A DNA stretch of 11,861 nucleotides from contig WAKA01000137.1 of NCBI GenBank assembly GCA_015523565.1, positions 1-11,861 on the forward strand. The letters run 5' to 3'. A program made the position numbers and the translations under genes. This stretch comes from Candidatus Heimdallarchaeota archaeon (GTDB lineage: Archaea > Asgardarchaeota > Heimdallarchaeia > Heimdallarchaeales > Kariarchaeaceae). Below, piece by piece: positions 8,230-11,861 of this stretch (the first letter of the stretch is position 1; every line of letters starts with the position of its first letter). The notes beneath the pieces are model-generated. The model saw only the letters and a list, made by a program, of their open reading frames with translations, searched no databases and was not told the origin of the DNA.

Positions 8230-9012
8230 TTGAAAAAGATATGGTGGGTCACATTACTATTGCTCCTTTCAATCCATTCTGCATCAACCACATTCGCCAT
8301 CAGCACAGCAAATGTCGAGGTTGATGACCAACCAATGGTAGACAACACCATCATAGTGTCACAGGTCACCTACGAGAAAGACGGGTGGATGGTCATCCAT
8401 AATGACATCAACGGTCAACCAGGGGATATTGCAGGCATGGAAAGGGTTCAAGCGGGGATCAATGACAGCGTCATTGTCAAATTGGATCCGAAATATGTCA
8501 CAAACACAATGTATGCCATGCTACACCAAGACAACGGCATTATTGGCAAATGGGAACTCACAAAAGATTTCCCAGTCTACATCAATGGCAGTGCACTGTC
8601 ACCACCCTTCCAAGTTACAGGCAACCTGCATTCAAGCATTGAAAATGCAACACTTGACGGAACAAAACTAAAATTCGATGCAATCAGCGCGGCAACAGGA
8701 TGGGCTCTTGTCCTTGCCAAAAACAAAACAGTAAGCAAATACCACCTGAAACATGGAAAAAATTCAGTGGCACAAAATCTTAGTCTAGAATACAATAAAA
8801 TTACAATCAAGCTTTATATAGATAGAGGAACAATAGGAATCATGGACAGTGCAGACATGTTCACAGGAAAGGAGATCACAATTGAGAATTTACAGACCAC
8901 AGTACAAACCACAGACACCTACGCCCAAACTGTCCAAAAAGAGAATGGGTTGAACCTGCTATGGGTCATTCTCCCACTCATCATAAAAAAAAGACAGCCA
9001 ATCGAACAATAA
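8230..9012 (+). CDS. Secreted/cell-surface protein (DUF7282-like beta domain) with a C-terminal sorting-like tail
   Basis: Signal peptide MKKIWWVTLLLLLSIHSASTTFA; GWMVIH...PGDIAG...AMLHQD domain plus a degenerate second copy (GWALVL...LYIDRG); Thr-rich linker; ENGLNLLWVILPLIIKKR tail. The DUF name is recalled from memory. Confidence 0.7.
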   Translation: MKKIWWVTLLLLLSIHSASTTFAISTANVEVDDQPMVDNTIIVSQVTYEKDGWMVIHNDINGQPGDIAGMERVQAGINDSVIVKLDPKYVTNTMYAMLHQDNGIIGKWELTKDFPVYINGSALSPPFQVTGNLHSSIENATLDGTKLKFDAISAATGWALVLAKNKTVSKYHLKHGKNSVAQNLSLEYNKITIKLYIDRGTIGIMDSADMFTGKEITIENLQTTVQTTDTYAQTVQKENGLNLLWVILPLIIKKRQPIEQ

Positions 9013-9049
9013 AAAATCCAGCCAAAAAATACCAATCAAACAATAAAAA
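9009..9049 (-). terminator. T-rich terminator region downstream of atpF
   Basis: After the atpF stop the minus strand reads TTTTTATTGTTTGATTGGTATTTTTTGGCTGGATTTTTT. Confidence 0.45.
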
Positions 9050-9391
9050 TCAAATGTCCAACTCTATACCCAAAGCATTCTTGACCAAAGATTTCAGAGC
9101 ACTTTCCTCTTTTTCCATCTTCCCTTCAGGACCAGGAATTTCGACTATGACTGGCCATGGACGCAACATTGCACGTTCAAGGATACGCCTGTTCATCTCC
9201 GCATATTTTTCAGTAATGATCAGCACTGCAACACTGTCATCCTGCAACAGCTTCGTCAACAGTTTCCGACCATCATCCCCTTCAGGAACTGCATAAATGT
9301 GCTTGATACCAGCAAGCTTCAGACCCAATGAGGTCATCTCATCTGTCAACCCAACAATTCGAGACCGCTCTACAAACCTATGGCTCATCAA
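9050..9391 (-). CDS. atpF: A/V-type ATP synthase subunit F
   Basis: 113 aa containing IVGLTDEMTSLGLKLAGI, VAVLIITE, PVIVEIPG and LVKNALGIEL, which match the subunit F pattern (archaeal nomenclature). Confidence 0.9.
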   Translation of the reverse strand: MMSHRFVERSRIVGLTDEMTSLGLKLAGIKHIYAVPEGDDGRKLLTKLLQDDSVAVLIITEKYAEMNRRILERAMLRPWPVIVEIPGPEGKMEKEESALKSLVKNALGIELDI

Positions 9392-9399
9392 TATACACC

Positions 9400-9723
9400 T
9401 TACTTAAGCAAAAGCTCCATGGCAGCCTTGACAGCTTCTTTCCCCTTTGCCTTCTGCGACTCGCGAAGAGCCTCCTTCTTTTCAGCAGTTTCCTGATCAA
9501 TCTGCGCCAATAAATCCTTGCTTTTCGATTCCTCCTCCCTAATAAGCTTGTCAATTTGGCTCTCAGCCTCTTTACGGGCATCAGAAATGATCTTTTCCGC
9601 TTTTGACTTCGCCTCCTCCAATATCTGCGCAGCCTTGACTTTGGCTTCCTCCTCAAGCTTTGAGCTCTCTTCTTCAATATCCACGATTTCCTTAAGGATT
9701 TCCTCTGTTGATGTCATCTCCAT
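9400..9723 (-). CDS. atpH: A/V-type ATP synthase peripheral stalk subunit H (G-like)
   Basis: 107-aa E/K/A-rich coiled coil (EILKEIVDIEEE...ILEEAKSKAEKIISDARKEAE...EAVKAAMELLLK) ending 8 bp upstream of atpF. A GGGAG SD-like motif lies 7 nt before the ATG. Confidence 0.8.
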   Translation of the reverse strand: MEMTSTEEILKEIVDIEEESSKLEEEAKVKAAQILEEAKSKAEKIISDARKEAESQIDKLIREEESKSKDLLAQIDQETAEKKEALRESQKAKGKEAVKAAMELLLK

Positions 9724-10290
9724 CTATATTCTCCCAAATGGGATTAAAAGAGATATGGTGTGGAACGGAATGTTTGTATTTACATTCATTTCTTAAAAAA
9801 CACATTTGAAAATTCCTTTAAAATATAATTGCAAAAAAAATGGTTTCGGACATGCAGGCATTATCCACCACCAATCCAATCAACAACATAAAAAGGGAAA
9901 CACCCATGACATGCATCCTCAATTAACATCCTGCAAAATGACCAAATGCATGATACAAAGCCCCATAATATAAAACACATTGATCACCACAAAACAGCAC
10001 CCGACTACAACCATAAAACATCCCCACCAAAAACAACCCAAACAAGGGATACATAGATGTTTACAAAAAGGCAAGGGAATAAAACCATATGTCCCAAATA
10101 TCCCAAATAAGATAAATTACCGCTTAAACAGAGTGCTGAGTGCATGGGCAACGACCAAATTGTAAACTTTGCCCCGAAAAACATAAGCGATATTGGCAAT
10201 TCATGGAAAAAATAGTTTAATTACATTGATTTGTTGCTAAAACCTACTGTTTTGCGAGGTACGTACCACCCTTCAAACCCCCACTTCTGG

Positions 10291-10575
10291 GAAAGATTTA
10301 AATATACAAAACTTCAAATTTTCGCAAATTTGAAAAAACATACATCTAGGAAAACACTAAATTCTTGACAGTTGCGACCCGATCCACCAGCACAATCCAG
10401 AATTGACATGATTCGCCAAGTTCATGCCCTGAAACCCCAAAATTTTTGGTGCGATTCTCATTGTGCAAAATTTTCAATCTCCACTTTCCGAAAATGCATC
10501 CTACAATCGCGGTTTTCCGCTCATGCATTTTTGAAAAAGCTTATTAGGGAGGCTGAAAATAGAAAAAACATAACG
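10291..10575 (+). promoter_or_regulatory. CRISPR leader with BRE/TATA-like elements
   Basis: Non-coding DNA 5' of the first repeat. GAAAAAG-CTTATTAG (10533-10547) ends 28 nt before repeat 1, and a second element GAAAGA-TTTAAATA lies at 10291-10304. The left boundary is approximate. Confidence 0.65.
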
Positions 10576-11861
10576 GTCTCATTGAGTGAGAATCCTAGAA
10601 TTAGGTTGAAACTTTTCAGCTCTTCTTGGATAATTTCACGCAAGATTGATGTCTCATTGAGTGAGAATCCTAGAATTAGGTTGAAACAGGCAATGCGTGA
10701 TTTTTATATTTTCCAAACCTCATTGTCTCATTGAGTGAGAATCCTAGAATTAGGTTGAAACTATGTTTCAGCCAATTCAAACATAGACATAATATGTTGT
10801 CTCATTGAGTGAGAATCCTAGAATTAGGTTGAAACATTTTCATCGGTATATTGTGCAATGGAGCCCCCGTGTGTCTCATTGAGTGAGAATCCTAGAATTA
10901 GGTTGAAACATTTATACATGATTTCAACATCTCTGTTGTTATAAATCGTCTCATTGAGTGAGAATCCTAGAATTAGGTTGAAACACTTTATCAAATGCGG
11001 GAGAAACAGAAGTTATTGTTGATGTCTCATTGAGTGAGAATCCTAGAATTAGGTTGAAACCAGTGAGCGGAGCGAACAAGAGCAAAAGCATTCAAAGGTC
11101 TCATTGAGTGAGAATCCTAGAATTAGGTTGAAACTGGAACACTATACTTTCGGTGGCGAAATGCTTATAAAGTCCCATTGAGTGAGAATCCTAGAATTAG
11201 GTTGAAACTACATTGAAATGTGAACACTTTTCTGGAAATCAATAAAGTCTCATTGAGTGAGAATCCTAGAATTAGGTTGAAACTCAGTAAGATATTCCTC
11301 AGTATCATAAGTTATTGGTAGTCTCATTGAGTGAGAATCCTAGAATTAGGTTGAAACCCAATGCAGCTATTGCACCAGCTATCACTATGGTTGTCTCATT
11401 GAGTGAGAATCCTAGAATTAGGTTGAAACCAAATACGGTTTCGGTCTTCTTCCCACATCGCCGAATGTCTCATTGAGTGAGAATCCTAGAATTAGGTTGA
11501 AACAACAAACCTCCCAATTTCTGCTTGAATTGCTTCCTTGTGTCTCATTGAGTGAGAATCCTAGAATTAGGTTGAAACCGGGCGACTCAACTTCAGGTCA
11601 CAGTTTGTGACTGAGGTCTCATTGAGTGAGAATCCTAGAATTAGGTTGAAACACAAGGAACTACAAAGGTTGTTGGGGCTACCAAAGAGTCTCATTGAGT
11701 GAGAATCCTAGAATTAGGTTGAAACTTCGTATTGTATTATCAAATTATCAAGATTGTATTTATGTCTCATTGAGTGAGAATCCTAGAATTAGGTTGAAAC
11801 GAAGGGGAGCTTGCCCATGACTGAGAAATCTAATGTCTTGTCTCATTGAGTGAGAATCCTA
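10576..11861 (+). CRISPR. CRISPR array with 37-bp repeat GTCTCATTGAGTGAGAATCCTAGAATTAGGTTGAAAC; 17 full + 1 partial repeat, 17 unique spacers of 35-39 bp; truncated by the window end
   Basis: Repeats start at 10576, 10651, 10725, 10799, 10873, 10948, 11024, 11098, 11172 (T4>C variant), 11247, 11321, 11393, 11467, 11542, 11616, 11689, 11764 and 11840 (partial). The 3' GTTGAAAC end and the upstream leader orient the array on the + strand and suggest a Cas6-processed class 1 (type I/III) system. Confidence 0.99.

Noticed and set aside
9378-9677. 99-aa Arg/Lys-rich ORF resembling a nucleic-acid-binding protein
   Set aside because: It is an alternative frame of the GAG/AAG-rich atpH coiled-coil gene.
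398-9796. Numerous antisense or overlapping ORFs (e.g. 1721..2104, 4455..4886, 7736..8194, 8961..9296, 9518..9796)
   Set aside because: They are shadows of longer, better-supported genes and carry no independent signal.
9980-10528. Short ORFs 9980..10165 (+), 10005..10199 (-) and 10346..10528 (-) as cas or other genes
   Set aside because: They have no recognisable motifs, and their composition mirrors the local nucleotide skew.
9724-10575. tracrRNA/anti-repeat or tRNA upstream of the array
   Set aside because: No extended complement of the repeat and no cloverleaf or T-loop motif was found; the repeat looks class 1.
10372-10734. 120-aa ORF containing the repeated peptide VSLSENPRIRLK
   Set aside because: It is a read-through of the leader and CRISPR repeats 1-2; the peptide repeat is just the translated DNA repeat.
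10613-11839. Self-targeting or duplicated spacers
   Set aside because: By eye, no spacer matches another spacer or positions 1-10575. This was not checked computationally, and the rest of the genome is unseen.

Overview
The window looks like archaeal chromosomal DNA, most plausibly from an Asgard (Heimdallarchaeia-like) genome. This is inferred from BRE/TATA-like promoters, A/V-type ATPase subunits, a longin-like domain and a large TPR protein. Left to right: the 5' end of a pfkA-type phosphofructokinase running off the left edge (- strand, absent from the ORF track); an acyl-CoA dehydrogenase; a 565-aa polytopic membrane protein; a divergent Yip1-like protein; an all-helical 437-aa orphan; a 588-aa TPR protein; a DAGK-family lipid kinase with a non-canonical GGEGT motif; a secreted surface protein with a C-terminal sorting-like tail; an isolated ATPase H(G)+F gene pair; ~850 bp of non-coding/leader DNA; and a CRISPR array (37-bp repeat, 17 full + 1 partial repeats, 17 spacers) running off the right edge with no cas genes in view. 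The best candidate for a new system is the 565-aa protein. It appears to fuse a catalytically dead CAAX-protease (CPBP/Rce1-like) membrane domain to a longin-like domain and a C-terminal membrane anchor, and it sits head-to-head with Yip1, which suggests a membrane-trafficking-like module. All family calls come from motif recognition by eye; no searches were run.
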